Positions 12,451 through 26,949 of a stretch of 64,000 bases of DNA are shown in pieces. Position 1 is the stretch's first letter, and every line of letters starts with the position of its first letter. Under the pieces are notes generated by a model, which was given only the letters and a program-made list of their open reading frames with translations, made no database searches and was not told the origin of the DNA. Position numbers and translations under genes: made by a program. This DNA comes from Phoronis australis (taxonomy: Eukaryota > Animalia > Phoronida), in the NCBI GenBank assembly GCA_002633005.1, contig NMRA01000027.1:1167788-1231787 (forward strand). The letters are read 5' to 3'.

Positions 12451-14978
12451 TTATGACTATTTCAAATATCAAGTTATTACAGTCGGTAAACCTGAGTGAA
12501 AACATTCGGTGTGACGGCAATTTTGTACTTATTAAAGAAGCTTCTTGTCTTGGGTTGTTCCCATCACTTAAACTTATTTCACAATCTCAACAACATAAGC
12601 GCTGTGTAGCGGAATGTAGCGGATTAATCGCGATCATCTTGAAATTGGCGCTCTTTTGAAAAGGTCAAATTAAGCGTTCTCATGATAAAGTGACGCTGCT
12701 TTGAGTTATATTAGCTCAAAAACGAAGTCGGTGGCCCCTGTTTTTCATATTTCATAAAAAACACGGTAAATTTTAAAATAAGACACAAGAGAACAAAAAT
12801 AATGGCGTTGTTTTTAGTAATTTAGTAGAGTCCAAAACGCCAAAATTTGAGGTACTCAAAATATGTATACTTATGTCGTCGTAAGAAAGTCAGTAAACTG
12901 AGAAATATAATTAAAATTGTTAAACATAAAACTGACGTCGAACGTCAAAATTATTCCGTCTTCAGAAAGATTCAATCATTAGTTTTATTAGAGGTGAGTT
13001 TTCAGTAACCTATGAAAATTTCAAACATTTGGTAACCCGTCGACGATGAAGCTGCTTACTCGCAAGAAATTTCATTATCAAAAACCACTTTTCGAAAAAA
13101 GCTCATTCTTTAGTGACATCGTTGAGTTGATGAGAAGAGTAAATAAAGGAAATAACACGTGTTCGACTTTAATTTTTTATCATATTTTGCTTGTAAACGC
13201 GTGCATCGTGAATATTTTGCGGTGCATGGCAATTGAACAATTACATGACACAAGCGAACATAGCACCGGATAGTTTAATAAAGTTACGTTAGCGTGCAAG
13301 CAGGTATTTCCCTGGTGTTGATGCAAGACACGTCATCAAAAGAAGGCTATCATGATAGTATTATTAAATTCCCTATAAATTTTCGTTCCGTGAGTACCTT
13401 TTGATTTAAACCACTTTCAGTAATGAAATTAGTCTCGAATTGTTCCTTACTAAAATCAGATGTGATTTCTGGACTTAAAAAAACTAACAATTTGTTATTG
13501 TTTTAGAGTAGGCTCAACAATTTTGTTTATCACGGCAGATCATTTGATGCGACGAGCTTGATCAGGCAATAACAAACGGCTGTCAAATCTTCCCAAGCCT
13601 CACAACGCTTTTAGCGAACTAAGTGAGACCACTTAAAATGTGTAGCTGTGTATGGTCTGAATCAAAATTTTGTTTGTTTTTTGGCGGAACACAGGTCTAC
13701 ATGAATAACCACCAAGAAATTCAAATGATCCCTGTTTGACTCTACGCAGTGTGGTCACTGCAATCCGTAACTACCGATATTTTTGCTAAACCGACGATTC
13801 TTTGAAAAAGTGTCCTAACGCTTCCGATTTCTTGGTAAGTTTGGTTTTTACGTATGCACCTGGATTATTCTGTCTTCTTTGAAATACTTGGTGGATCCTC
13901 GTGTCCACTGAACTTTTGAACCGATCCCCGTGTTTTCTCTCCGATTCGCATGGACCAGTCCTCAATGACGGACACCGACTTGAAGGCCTATAACCTCATT
14001 TTTCACCATCAGCAGTAGCGGAACCAACAGCATGTTCTGAGGTAGCAAGAACCCTTGCTATGATGGGCAGGTACAGGGGTGCAAGTGTTAATTGGGGAAA
14101 AGTTTTCGATGGCCGGCTTAATGTGGCCATCAGATGTAATTAGGAAGATAAGGAACAATTAAAATATAATTAATCGTTACTCGGAATACGCCCGTTGAGT
14201 GATTCACTCGGAAAATAGTTGGCAGACCTTCTTCTGCTCAAGGGCAGCGTAGTTTGGCAAAGATTGTTAGCATTGCTTTCGAAAAATTTCGCGGTGGAGT
14301 TTGCAGCGGCTCACGTCAGCTGATCGACCAAAGAAAACATGGCAATCTGGTAGTCACGTGGAAAGTATTAGCCGGCTAAAAGGATATAGCGTGTCTAATG
14401 TGAGACCCGTAGGCTGACCAAACGCTCGGTGTAATGCGGGGTTTGTTTGATTTGGTATCCAGGCCCGCATCAATGTTACTTATGAACCGATATAGCAACG
14501 TCAATTAGGGAAATCAGTATGTTTCATTCTAAGTTCCATGAACTAGAGCCAGATGATAAGATGGTCAACAAATGTTCAGCTGCGAGCCATCGACGAGATT
14601 TGGGTGTTCAGTCAGTGCAGCATTTGTCGGAACTTTTTGCAAGGATTATCTGATAACGGCTCTATATTCGGATACATCGGTGAAACATTTAATTACCTTT
14701 CCACGAGACTAAGTGCTGATTTTTAACCGAATTCCTAAAGCTATCGAAAGTTCAAGCAACTGATGAAGATATCAATTTGCACTGAACCAACGTTGGATTA
14801 ATAATATCACGAAGTCTTCGAACAGCGAATGACGAATGTTGTGCCAGCGATATCAGTGTCAAGATAAAACGTGATTTTTTCCATCAAAAAGAAAATTACT
14901 CCTGCATTAAGTCAGTCGTTCCATAGAACCGAGTCACTGTAGTTCTACGAACAGATTGTGCATCTAAATAGTGTCAGA

Positions 14979-15039
14979 ATGCCGGGCTACAAGTATCCCG
15001 GAGGTGTATCCTATATACATCCGAATTCCTCCCGTTCAG
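14979..15039 (+). CDS. Candidate alternative first coding exon MPGYKYPGGVSYIHPNSSRS(G)
   Basis: ATG at 14979, 20 codons + 1 nt, consensus donor CAG|GTGAGT in phase 1 matching the 44312 acceptor. Preceded by a relatively CpG-rich stretch (about 14150-15000). Confidence 0.55.
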
Positions 15040-18000
15040 GTGAGTTATTTGGAAATACCTGTTGTCTTGTCAGTGTGACGGATCGATAGACACTTTAGCA
15101 GACTTACACCAGTTTAGTGTGTACGGTAAAGTTTCATAAAATTCGAACAAAAACAATGGCCAAAATGTTTATTTTCATTTTTCAATTGATTCAAACTCTC
15201 GCTGTATTGTCAAAAATGTTCAAAATATCATCACGAGTTTGTTGATGACCCCCGTACTATATAAATCTTTCAAATGATCAAGTAAAATAGTCTTCTTGTT
15301 TACTCATATTGAAAATTTTGATAAACTAAAATTTTACTTTGTGTGTTCTAATTTGAAGAAACTTTACCGTAATTAACATAAACGATGTGTCAGCGGTGAT
15401 GGCTGAATCACTTATAAATTATCAGAATGTTATGGTGTTCCTCACAGATTTATTTGATGGTGATATTTCACTCCAGTTATACAACAATTGACTTACTGAA
15501 GTAGGCATTACATATCGTCAGGTAGGTTAATTTGGGGGGACAGCATCTAAAATTACGTGGTATATACTGTTTGGTGTCCAATTTTGTATGTTTACTTGTT
15601 CTCTGTATTTGCACGTGATTATGCCGGTGAGACTCACTTCTATAATTTTTATGAATGATCTCCTGGAAACTCGTGCTAACTCGTGTCCTGGTGTTTTTGC
15701 ACGGGTTTCACAGCGACTAAGAATGTGAGACGTAGTGCTTTTCTAGACATATCTCTTTGATTTCAATCAAAATTTTGTTGCCATTGAGATTGACGGCTGC
15801 GTTGCATCCCATCCCGGCATTCCACGATTAGCTCATTACCACATAAAAGCGCCTTTCGCCTAATTTTTAGGTTCTGGTGTGCACGAGGGGGCGAATAGGG
15901 GCGAAACGCCATTTCTTTCATTCACGAACATTTTTAAACGCTGGAAGTGTTGTGTGAATTTCTTGGATATCCCACATTACAATACGTGAATTGACGATGT
16001 GGTGGTCTCAAAGAATGTATAAAAATACTGGAAAATATTCCATTGCATGTCCATACAAGAATGCTGTCCACCAAATGCCCTGTCGCCATGTAGCGACAAA
16101 GCATATTTTCTCTAGTCGCCGCCGTACCAGAAAATGTTTACTGACTTACATGTACACTATCTTGATTACAACGCACATAACGGGCCTGTCCGATTCATGT
16201 ACATGCAATTTAGTAAGCGATGCAAGATGGTACATCATAATCTTTATGGACACATAGGTATGCTTAGTTGGCAGTGCACTAGTAGTGTGTTATGATCGGT
16301 ACGATGATTTGTGATTTATAGGTTTCCTGACTGTCAAAGTCTTATAGGTCTTATATACTTGGTAAATGCGGAGAAAGCATGGGAAAATGGACTAGGTAAT
16401 AAAATGGGTCGACAGGTTCCACCATCTGGATTTAACTATTGTGAAACAAAGCCTGGAACTCATACAGCGAAAGGTTAACTCGGGTGGCTTTTTAGGTCTG
16501 TTTATGTTAAGTGTAATCTAAACTATGTTTGACAGATTGTCAAATATTATTTTTAAATAACTGAAAAATAACTTTCCAACTGCGAGTACTGTTCTGACTC
16601 GCATGTGAGCGCAGAGGGAAAGGCTTTTAAAACGCAGACAAAAACAAGTTTAGTAGCATTCGAATTAGTACCGGTACGTGAAGCTATTAGTAAGCTTATG
16701 GGCATTTCACGAGTTTAGTAGTTCGGGAAGGGGCCATTGTACATATGTTCTACTGTCTCTCACATAAAGTATGCTTTGGTCTCAAGTTGGCTTGCACGCG
16801 TGAAATCGCAGCTTTCGGCACCCTTGCGTTACACACATGTCAGAGAGAGAAAAAACTGCCTGGTATATAGTTATTTTGGCTTGAACTTTCCTGCATACCA
16901 ATCGAACCATGACTGCGGACTACGAATTACTGGTCAGAGTGGAAGGTCACTGCTCCTAACGATGACTCAGTGTCAATTGTGAAGCTCATAGAGTATATAC
17001 AGACAGTTTAGTAGTTCAATTTCGAGCACCTGAAAAGCATTACAGTCCCGGTAAAAATACCTAAGGTAAACGAAATGTCTGTAAGGAATTTGAAACTATC
17101 CCCTTGTCCTTGGCTCTGAAAACGTGCGGTTTTGCAGACACCAACAGAGGGGGCGATGTCTTTTGAAGACGGAGGGTTTACTAGCTTTCGTTGTTTCGCA
17201 ACACCGCTTAGAAGACTTTTAAAATATTTTGTTGCTATCTAAAATACATTATTACTGACTTCAGCTGAAGACAGTTATCGTAGTCACCATAACTATCACT
17301 ATACCGGTTGATCGATTGCCATCCGATTACCTCATTTCGCAATTCTTTGTTCGTCGTGAGAGTAGCCAGTGGAATGGCGCACTGATCTGATGGAGCCCGT
17401 GAAATGATAACATCACTAATTACGATGTTACACGATGTCCTAGCGTACCAATAACCTTTTAAAATTATCACTCAATGTATTTTCTGCCTCTTTTAAGTTT
17501 TCTGCTTCATTTTACTATTCACTGAACTGTATACGTCCAAATATCAAAACGAAAAATCGGCCAATTAGTGAAAGTTATGAAACGCAAACTATCGGTGTTT
17601 TAGTGCCACGTTTATAAAACATAACCTCGCAAATATCACGTGATCAACTGATTTAGCCCAGGCTATTCATCACTTGATCTGACATCACATTCGGGTCAGA
17701 ATCAATAGTCATGTTGTGTTTGCAGGCCACGAATGTAAAGAAGATCAAAATTTCCCTTGCTGTTCGCGAGCTATTTTGTGGCAGGTTTGTAGATTTTTGT
17801 TTTGGAATCTTTAAAATGGAACCGTCTTGGGATTCTGTAAAAGTGAAATGAAATTGACGCTTTCCTTGAAAACATTCGTTATAAGAAATGAAAGTTATTG
17901 ATTCTCTTTAACAAAAATAAATTGCAGAATGTTGATAGGGGTGCAGTGAAGTCAACAAAATTAGTGGAACGAGCGATTTAGGGGAGTTCACCAAGTTATG

Positions 18001-19019
18001 AGTTGATTGCGCGTGTGCGGATGTGTCCCATATGTGTGTACATTTACACCCAAGGGGCAGGACATGGAAAAAGTATACTTGACGTCACATGCGGCTTAAA
18101 TGGGTGAAATTTTCACGAGTCGCCCCATGAAAGGTTGCCTTTTCCGTTCAAATCCCCCACAAAATGGTCCACTTTGGGAATTCGAAACTCTATAAAAGCC
18201 CCCTTTACAGTTATATAAATCTACAAACTGTTTTTCAAAACTATGTGTAATATAACTTTTGTTATAAATCGTGTACTCATTTTACCTAACATCTCTACTT
18301 GTGTAGTGTTTCGAGCTAATTAATTGTCTAAAGATTTTGTTATCGAAGAAATTAATCCCTGTGACCCCTACCAGATGGGGTATCTCTGGAGCAAAAACCC
18401 TACGAAAGATTGAATTTTCAGGGAAGCACCCCCATTCAAGTGGTCCCATTTTTCAAATCCACTCTCTGCGTTATCGTAATTTGGCAAATCCACCTCGTCA
18501 AATTGTAATCGAATGCCCCCAGGCATTTGTGCCACGCGACATAACCCATCGATGGTTTCATCTTTTCAGTTGGTTTGAGTGTTTTCAAGTAAAGCACGTG
18601 CTTTTCTAACCCGTTAAACTATACAACTACGGTTAGACGAGACTGCGGCAGAACATATGGTTGCCTGCAGAACGTTCCATCATTATCTCTGTACCTGCCC
18701 GTCATGATTTGTAATGAAACATTCGTAGCAGCTGCGCTTGATAGCACTATGCCAAGTGAAGACAGGCTAAGAGGATTGAAGTGTCTGATTTTCCGGGCGG
18801 GCAGCTTTAATTACGACGATGATAGGCCGCGCTTACACCGTGAACTGGTTGTTAACGCCGATCTGGATCAGTGTCACGTTCATCAAAATCCAAATGGCCC
18901 ATGCGCATGCGTACTCATGTTTTTTATACAGTTTCCCAGGTTAGGGAAGGCGTTACGTAAAATGTTCGCTATGCAACGTAAATATTGTGTGTATCATGGC
19001 GATCAAACAGGGTAAATTT

Positions 19020-19378
19020 GAGTGGCGGATCTAGGGTATCATAAGGGGGGGCCCAATATGTTGCCTCGGGTTACTGGGCAAAGCGCGAATGTGTGTGCAC
19101 AGGCGGCCTGGAAGTTGCGGGGGCTGGGGACGTGTGGACCGTGGACCTACTGTTCAGGAAAATCTATCGGTGGACTAAAAAAAAAACAACGGGACACGAC
19201 GACACGATTCCGCCGTGGTCTGGAATCTGAGCCCCCCGCCCCCTCCCTCGTCCGCTACCTGTTCTACTTACTGAACTCAATATTTCCTCACGCTTCACGC
19301 AGTTGCTGTTTCATTTTGCTTGCGGCAGCCAAGGGGGGGGGGGGGGGGCGGGCTGGGACCCCCGTAAATCCGCCTATG
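19020..19378. mobile_element. GC-rich MITE with (C)AGTGGCGGATCT-type TIRs (hAT-like non-autonomous)
   Basis: 5' agtggcggatctaggg versus 3' cccgtaaatccgcctatg (reverse complement cataggcggatttacggg), with internal G-runs. Confidence 0.65.
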
Positions 19379-20869
19379 ACTTTAGATCAAACGATTAATT
19401 AACTAATAATACCATAATTGCACACCTATCAACCAAGGTGTGATGTTTATTATTTATCTGATATGGCAATATCTTTTTGATTAAATGAGCATTTTTCGTG
19501 TGCCAACAACCTCCCTGTTCTTGAAGCGAGTACGCAATATTTTAACACCTACAGATAAAAACAGCAAGGGATTGCTCCAACATTATGATGGTATTTGTTG
19601 CAAGAATAGTTGGATGGGGTTGCGACCAATTGATTTCTTTGCGTCTGGCGTCAGACGTTTCTAACTTTATGCATGTGAGCGATGTTAGGCCCATGCATAT
19701 ATTTTTTATTTGTTGACTCTTCGACAGTCTCCACGTCCCACCATCAAGCGATTGGGCACACAATCAACCCGCCATGTGAAACTGCGCCTATACGTGCGGA
19801 GCACTCGAGTAGAACCAACTTTTAAACAGTATTCTTGTGAAACATGACTTATTCGCTACGCGGAGTATCAAACTTAACTAAGTAAATGAAAAATTTTGCT
19901 GAAAACACGCAAAAGCACTCAGTGACTATGTGAAGCTTAGGCGCACCAGCGGATACGTGAGTACAAAGTTTCTTTGAAAAAATACAGTATTTCGAATGTA
20001 GGTGCATGCGCCTGAATACTCACACGCAGATGGGCCTAATCCTCCGGAACTACTTTATGTTTGAATACTCGTGGTTCGCGATTGCCTCGTGTTTTTCAAC
20101 ACATTTTCTTCACATAGTTTTCGTGACAGTGCCACTGGTCATCGGTGCTGGCTATGTTTGTTGAACATGCGTAACCTCAAAGGTATCTTGAGAAGTCAAA
20201 GCTGAAATTCCTCGGGAGGGGATTGTTTAGGCAACATCACGAGGGATTGTACAGCATGAGACAATGTATGCAAGAGACGGCGGGCTTCAGTCAGGACGCA
20301 ATAATCACAATAGCAAACGAAGCTCTTTAAGTGTCAGGCATGTCTTCTCGACGTTTCAATCAAGGCGTAGTTGATTATTTTTCTTGTTGTGCATAATTTG
20401 TTGTCATTGCAAATGCAGACAGTTCTCTCAAATTAGCCCGTCGGGTAACTCAATCTGTACTGTGTGTTCTATGAAAACATGTCTTGTAATTAAACAGATA
20501 TGCGCGCTTGTTCTTCAAGCTGCAATTAAAACAAGTCCCAGTCCACATGGGTGTGATAGGATCTTCTGTGCTGGTTACTCATGTCGCATCTGATCATTAT
20601 CATATTCAAAGTTTACAGTGCCACTGAACTGAAATTACGAGTGAAACTTTACAAAACTATAAAAGACATGGAGAAATTACTGATAGTACAATGGATAAAG
20701 AATAAATGAAAGCAATCTGACGAGCGACACTTCGTGAAAGAAATTTAAAATTCAAAGAATGAGAATCGACGGCAGTACCAAGAACATAAACAATCATGAC
20801 CCTTTCGCTTATTGCACTGTATTAGATAGCCCGTAAACAGATCTATTTACGTACCAAATTTGAAATGGT

Positions 20870-21400
20870 TCGGCCAAAGGATCACGTAACTCCGCAAACA
20901 TAATTAAAAAAAGGTCGTTACAGCGCCACCTTGGGCCCGATTTCGCTCAAGAACAGCAGTCCTCGGGCTAGTGACTACACTGTACCTAAGTTTCAGGTCG
21001 ATGAGACGAAAACTGCGATCTCTAGCACAAATGTGATAGGCTAACAAAGTGCAGTAAATCTCGAATATCGCGTGAACGCTAAGTCGTAGCAAGTAACAGC
21101 TTTCACATATTGATAGCGCTTTGAAAAGATCTATCCAGATACCAAATTTCAGACTGATCCCCCTAGGGACGGCAAAAATCAGTTATTTGGCTACTAGTCC
21201 TCTGAAAATCTCGTATGACATGAGAACGGTAAGAACTAGAGAAAAAACATACGAGACACTTGCCATAGCCCTTGAAATGATCTATCCACAGAAAAAAAAA
21301 ATCAGAAAAATCGGACCAGAAACAGCGGCGGAGCTTTGGCTTCGTATACAAAAAAGGGGAAAATGGCCGCCACAGCACCATCTTGTATCGGATTCCAGCA
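20870..21400. mobile_element. Helentron/HINE-like non-autonomous repeat
   Basis: CpG-rich non-coding block with cagcgccacc, ccgatttc, aagtttcag/aaatttcag and aaaatggccgcc motifs, resembling 52850-53350. Family assignment is by resemblance only. Confidence 0.4.
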
Positions 21401-21599
21401 AAAAGCAACAGGCTTCGAGCCATTCACGTTGATCCCATAAGAATTGCGATCTGTAGCGTGCGAACAAGAAACAAACAGATTTAAAATTTTTATCTAGATG
21501 ACGAAGCAGCATAGTTGGTCAAATAAAAGCAAGGTCCATAATTGCCGAAAACAGAAGGCCAATGTTGGTTGCTATGAAGTTCCCGGGGAACAGGCGACC

Positions 21600-22770
21600 T
21601 ATTTGATACTGAAGTAATTCATGTCGACGGTTGAAACTTAGGCTACAGTAAGTTGCATACGCCCATCTCAAAGCGGGTGAGGTCTTTACTTATGCGTGTT
21701 TTTTCGAGGAGTTCTCAGGGAATGTCATGGCCCCCAAATGTCGGGTCTAATTTAAGCTTCGGTTACCTGTTGAGGGAGTTCTTGAACAATGTACGTGCTG
21801 CTCATTCGGAAACTGACTCATCTCTGAAGACTCCACGAAACCATCCAAATTCAAATATTGGAGATGAACGCTCTCACTACATGTATGTGTTTATTTGCGA
21901 TTACTGAAGTTTTGACACGACCCCAAAGCTCTTGATCGCCAATGGTAAACACAGGTTAGGAAGAATTCTGTTTATAGTTTTTAGTACATTGGCTGAGATG
22001 AGTAAAAATGTTGGAAGCCAAAGCTTAAACAAGTTAAATATCTCTGGATGAATCAATGCCATGGCATGAGAGAATTACCAAATGCAGCATTATGACGTTC
22101 AAATGATACACTCATTGGCATGTGCCATGAAGGGGACAATTAAACACTGCAAATAAATTACAGCTGAAGCAAGGAACTCAGAAATTGAGGGAATATAAAT
22201 ATGTAGTTAAAGGAATAGCTCAGCCATCCAACGAGCGAAGTCAACCTTCATTTGTCTTTGGGCCATGTTTATTTGCGTTTAGACCGTCATCAGTGATCCT
22301 CAGTCTGGTTCTGGAAGAGCGCCACATTAGAAACACAGAGGGCGCAAGTAGCTTGGGTCTAGGTTGTTCGACCGCTTTGCTGCAGCTACGATGGGTTCCT
22401 ATTACGCATTATCTAGGTGTATCATTTGACGATCAGACCCCTCTAGTTTTTCTGGATCCACACTTGTGTAGGTTTTGTATAACTTCAAGCATGAAACACA
22501 GCAGGTGTCGAAACAAGTTCGATAAAACGGGCTGCTATATTTTTCTCGGTTGCCACTCCCCGCGTTTGTCACAGTGTGGGAGGTACCTTTACATTTGACT
22601 CTCGAGAGATTCCTGTAACTACTACGCATAAGCTGAATCTTGTTCGGATAATCCGGCTCTGCAGTCACGACCCTCTAAGCTCTTCTCTTACGTAAGTCAA
22701 CACTGGTGTCCTCGTGGACTCAAAGCACGTGTCATTATTTTGGAACTCTCCATGCTTTGGAGACAAGTTT
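21600..22770 (+). mobile_element. Decayed L2/CR1-group LINE RT 3' fragment
   Basis: Remnants GV-QG..GP (about 21708), HYLGVSFD (about 22406) and EIPVTTTHKLNLVRIIR (about 22605; cf. GLP...KLQLVQNxAAR), in the expected order. Confidence 0.5.
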
Positions 22771-25700
22771 CAGACGTACGGCGCCGACGTCGCTTGAAAT
22801 TTTAAGTCTCGTTCAAGATCGCCTCTGAACATCTGGGATATTTGCTTAATTTTCTTCTTTACCGCTCTCGAATAGTCGGTAAGTAATTCATGAATTTGAA
22901 CAAATATCACGAGAACTATATCATTTCCCCCTATTTTAACAGTTCTCTGTTGAATTTGATGTTTTAACAATCAGTACGTCTGTGGAAAAGTGCGGAATTT
23001 CGTCGAGCTGATTGAGCAACCACGGCACAGAACTGGCGAGCATTTTCGTTCTGACATTCGCGTAGTCAAGCAATGACCCCAGGTCCCTATACACCCCCAT
23101 TGTTTATATCTCACACCCGTTGGTGTGCGTTTCTCACTCGCCTTTAGACACTAGTTATTTACTGCCAGTCTAAGTCAAACATTCAGTGACTCGGTGTTTG
23201 CCTTCTCGAAATGCTGGAATGTTACATCTGACTATCCTTTAAGCCAAGATCAATCTAAACAAACCGTAAATAGTTATTTAGAGACAGGTTATGTGACTAA
23301 TGTAAACCAATAAATTTGACTTTCAACAGAGATCTAAATTAATCAATTTTAAGGACTCTTGTTATCACACTTTCCCTTAAATTGCAAATCGGCTAATCTA
23401 TTTGCTTTTTTATCAAACCATTGATCTATGATTCTTGTGAATCCAGGTCAATGCAAACTAAATTCTCATCATCTTGAACACCCTTCTATTACATTTTGTC
23501 CGTCAGTTGCTTTTTCAACCCTGAAAACTTTTCGTAACTCATATCCCAAGGTTATTCAGTAATCTCTTTATTATGTGACCACCTACTGCCCCCCATTGCT
23601 ACTGACTGTTTACTTAATCTCATTCCATCCTACTGAATGGAACGAACTTGTCAAAGGTACATTGTGCGCAATGTTATTTTTGATACTATTAAGTGATATG
23701 GTATTTAAAGATACTCATACTTGAAGGCAGGTAGCTACTTTAAATGGACAATCAGACTTTAAGCAAACATTTGACTGTGTAGTGTACACCTCAGTTGACA
23801 CCCATATTTTTATTTGTATGCAAATCTTATCAACTAGTCTTCTTTTTAATCTTGTATTTGTAATGGTGAACTGAACTTTATAAGACTCAATTTCGCCTTA
23901 AAAGATTTATCTTCAGCGAGTGATTAACATTGTTGTTTAAAGTTGCAAGTTATGTAGTGATGTTTTGAAACATGTGCTTCAATGTTTCAATAGTGTGGCT
24001 TCAGTTTACTTATGTGACTTGCACAGTTTGTAGAGACCTGTTGTTGTTATTGTTAGACTTTCCCTGAGGCATGATACAAAGTTTATATTTTGTATTTGAA
24101 CACTTAAATTGTTATTACAAGAACTTTGGGAGACCAGTGGAGTGCCCATGGATTGACAAACTTTTAAACCAGTTCAGAAATTTCACTTTCGCCAAACGGC
24201 TGTATTTTTATGCTTCACTTTTTAAGTTTAAGCTAAAAACTTACCGTAAAGCAGGAGCACTTGTGCTTTATTCAACTGACAAACGGCATGTTGTGTGCAG
24301 TTGATCGAACTCAACAAACCTGTGTGTAGAATGGATACATCATTTCACCTGCTTCAGGCTCACTGTTTAGCGTAATGTCAACTTGCCAAATGCGACCTGG
24401 TAAATTTCCCAGGTTACCAAATGGCGACTTTGGTCGCCAAAACAAAAAACTGTTTGGGCCGTTGCGAAAGTTCTGGCCTCTACAAAATAAACCCCAAAAA
24501 TAAAATAAGCGAGATACCTGATATGAAACCAACTTCAATGAATGATTCCGACTCTTGTCTATCTACTTCCTGTAATATTTTAAGCAAATGCATTTGACGA
24601 CTTTGTGGCAACGTGGAATGTTACCAGGCCACCAAACAAAATCTGATGTTGCATTGACGACCTGTAGGTCGCCAAGTGAAAACTGCTGTGTAGACATGAG
24701 CTGACTGAAACACTTTCAGTTTAAAGAGGGCGGTAAAGAGGGCAGAAGAATTCAATGAGGGTTTAAATTCAGCTGCTGATATTAAAAGGGTACACAGCCC
24801 CTCTTAAGAAGCATGTGTATCATTGTAATACACTTGATACTTTATGTTTCAGATATATTGTATGTGGTGTAATACACAAGTTTATGGTAGTTATCTGTTT
24901 GAATCAGCTTGTCCATCTAACAGACCTCACTGTCTGAACCACAGCACTCCGTGGTCTGTGGTGGTTAGTGATAGCCTATCCACATCCTGTTGGTAGGGGG
25001 CACCTGTTCTTGATGTGCCCAAGAGAGGATGCTAGGATCACAGTGCTGTCAGTCAGGAAGTTACAGATAACTACACAATGTATCTTGTGTTGAAACGAGA
25101 TAACAACCGAATATTCACAGGCATTTGTTTTAGTGGGTCACAGGCTTGCTAGAAAGCAAAAGAATAAAATTGGTTGCTTCCATAAGTTTGTGAATGATTT
25201 CTTCTGAGGACTGGATAATTTATGATCAGTGTGCATGACTCAAAGTGATCATATATCTGAGTAATTGTCACTTGATGAATTGTCATGGTGTGTACCTGAC
25301 AATATATTAAAGGGGCACAATTGGCAATCCACACATGCTCATCTACCATTTTTCACTCTGTCGAAAATTGCATGAATATAAGATAAACAGTTGTACATTA
25401 TTCCACCCCAAAACACTGTACATGATGACAGAAACTTGATTCTGTCAAATATTTTAGTCCTACCCCATTTGGAAAGGAAATCCGGCTCCCAAAAATGTGG
25501 ACAAATTGTCTCTTCCAAAACCACCACACTTGAATGCCAATCAATGCTCAACATAAGCAGGTTGCAGAATGCGGCCAAAAAGAATGTTAGCCAACTGTTT
25601 TTTGCAGTCTTGGACTGTTTGACCTGAAATGATCACTACAGATTCCTCAGCCATTAGACCGCATTGGTTAAATGTTATAACAGGCTGCCATTTTGTAGAA

Positions 25701-25959
25701 AAGTAAGCTGCCACCAGATAAATAGACTTTACTCATTCACAGCACTGAGCCAAGCAGGTTAAAGGGACGTTGTCGTTTTTTGGATAATTGTTGCATGGGA
25801 TAGACTTCAATGAAATTAAAGCAACAAAATCTGTTGTATATTTAAGATTTCATTATAAATATCTGTTCTATGCCAGACAGCAGAAACCAAGGGTTGTGAC
25901 TTAACGAGTTGAATACCTTAAAATATTGTGCAATTTAGTCTGCTATGGAGCTGTTATCA

Positions 25960-26131
25960 GGGGGTTCCACATTCAAAAGAAAGTCACTTTCATCGCCGAT
26001 AAATTAAGACCGCAAGCTCAGTGAGGAGCTGGAAAATCAAAAGGTTTAGGTGTGCGGTCCAGTTTGATTCGAACCTTCGACCTCATGAGCTGGAGACAGA
26101 CACTGACACCACTGTAGGCCACACTGCCTCC
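25960..26131 (-). mobile_element. tRNA-derived SINE (5' head)
   Basis: Minus strand reads GGAGGCAGTGTGGCCTACAGTGG (A box-like) ... GGTTCGAATC (B box) with tRNA-like spacing. No clean cloverleaf. Confidence 0.6.
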
Positions 26132-26949
26132 TCCTTATTGTGTAAGATATAATCTTCATACATGCCATTTGTGTATGGAGACTAACTCATACCATGGCTG
26201 ATTTGCAATTATTTCTAGAGACTGGTTTTTGTAGGCAACTGGGAACAATATCCTAGTATGAAAGGTGAAGAAAATCTCGTTGCCTTTTGTGCTGTGTTTC
26301 AACTTGTGGTTGGCATTTCAATGCGTATCTATTCATTTTTCTGATATTTTCGTCCAGCAATAATTTCACGAATACTAGAAGCAGTGTGTCTGTTCAGTGT
26401 ATCTCTTGTTTAAATCAAGATACCGGTAAAGCAGACCCAGCACTCTGTCTGTTCAAATATGTCAAGTTGTCAGTTGTTCAAATTTGTGAATTCATGGACT
26501 TCGGTTTCTCAGTTTACTAAACTAACAACCATTCATGTTGTCCTTGAGAACTGAAGCATCCAGTTGCCCTTGTGTTTATCATGTGGTAAACCTTTTTTTA
26601 ATGTTTCTTTCTGTATACCAGTGCTGTAGTGGAGTATAGGCGCACGTAGGCGCAGCCAACCACCTTTTGGCATTTAACGTAGCGCCTAATCACCGTAAGT
26701 TACATTCAGTACTCAAGGTGGTGCGGTGGGTTTTAGGCGCCTTATTTTCAACACTGCTGTATATATGTTTAATCGTTCATCAGACTTCTGCCTTACCCTA
26801 GTTATCGGATATGTGTGTGGAGGCTCTACTTAAAAATGGAGTAAGTTGTAATAGTGCGAGTTGTTCTAGGGTAGGCTGTGTGTGGATGGGACTTTAGATT
26901 GTTATCCCTGTTGGAGACTTAATGTTGGTACTTCTGATTCCCACTGTGT

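Noticed and set aside
12660-13378. Possible 700-bp MITE with degenerate TIRs around tcatgata
   Set aside because: The inverted match is weak in AT-rich DNA and there is no clear target-site duplication.
26050-26131. tRNA gene
   Set aside because: A and B boxes are present but there is no proper acceptor/anticodon stem pairing; better explained as a SINE head.
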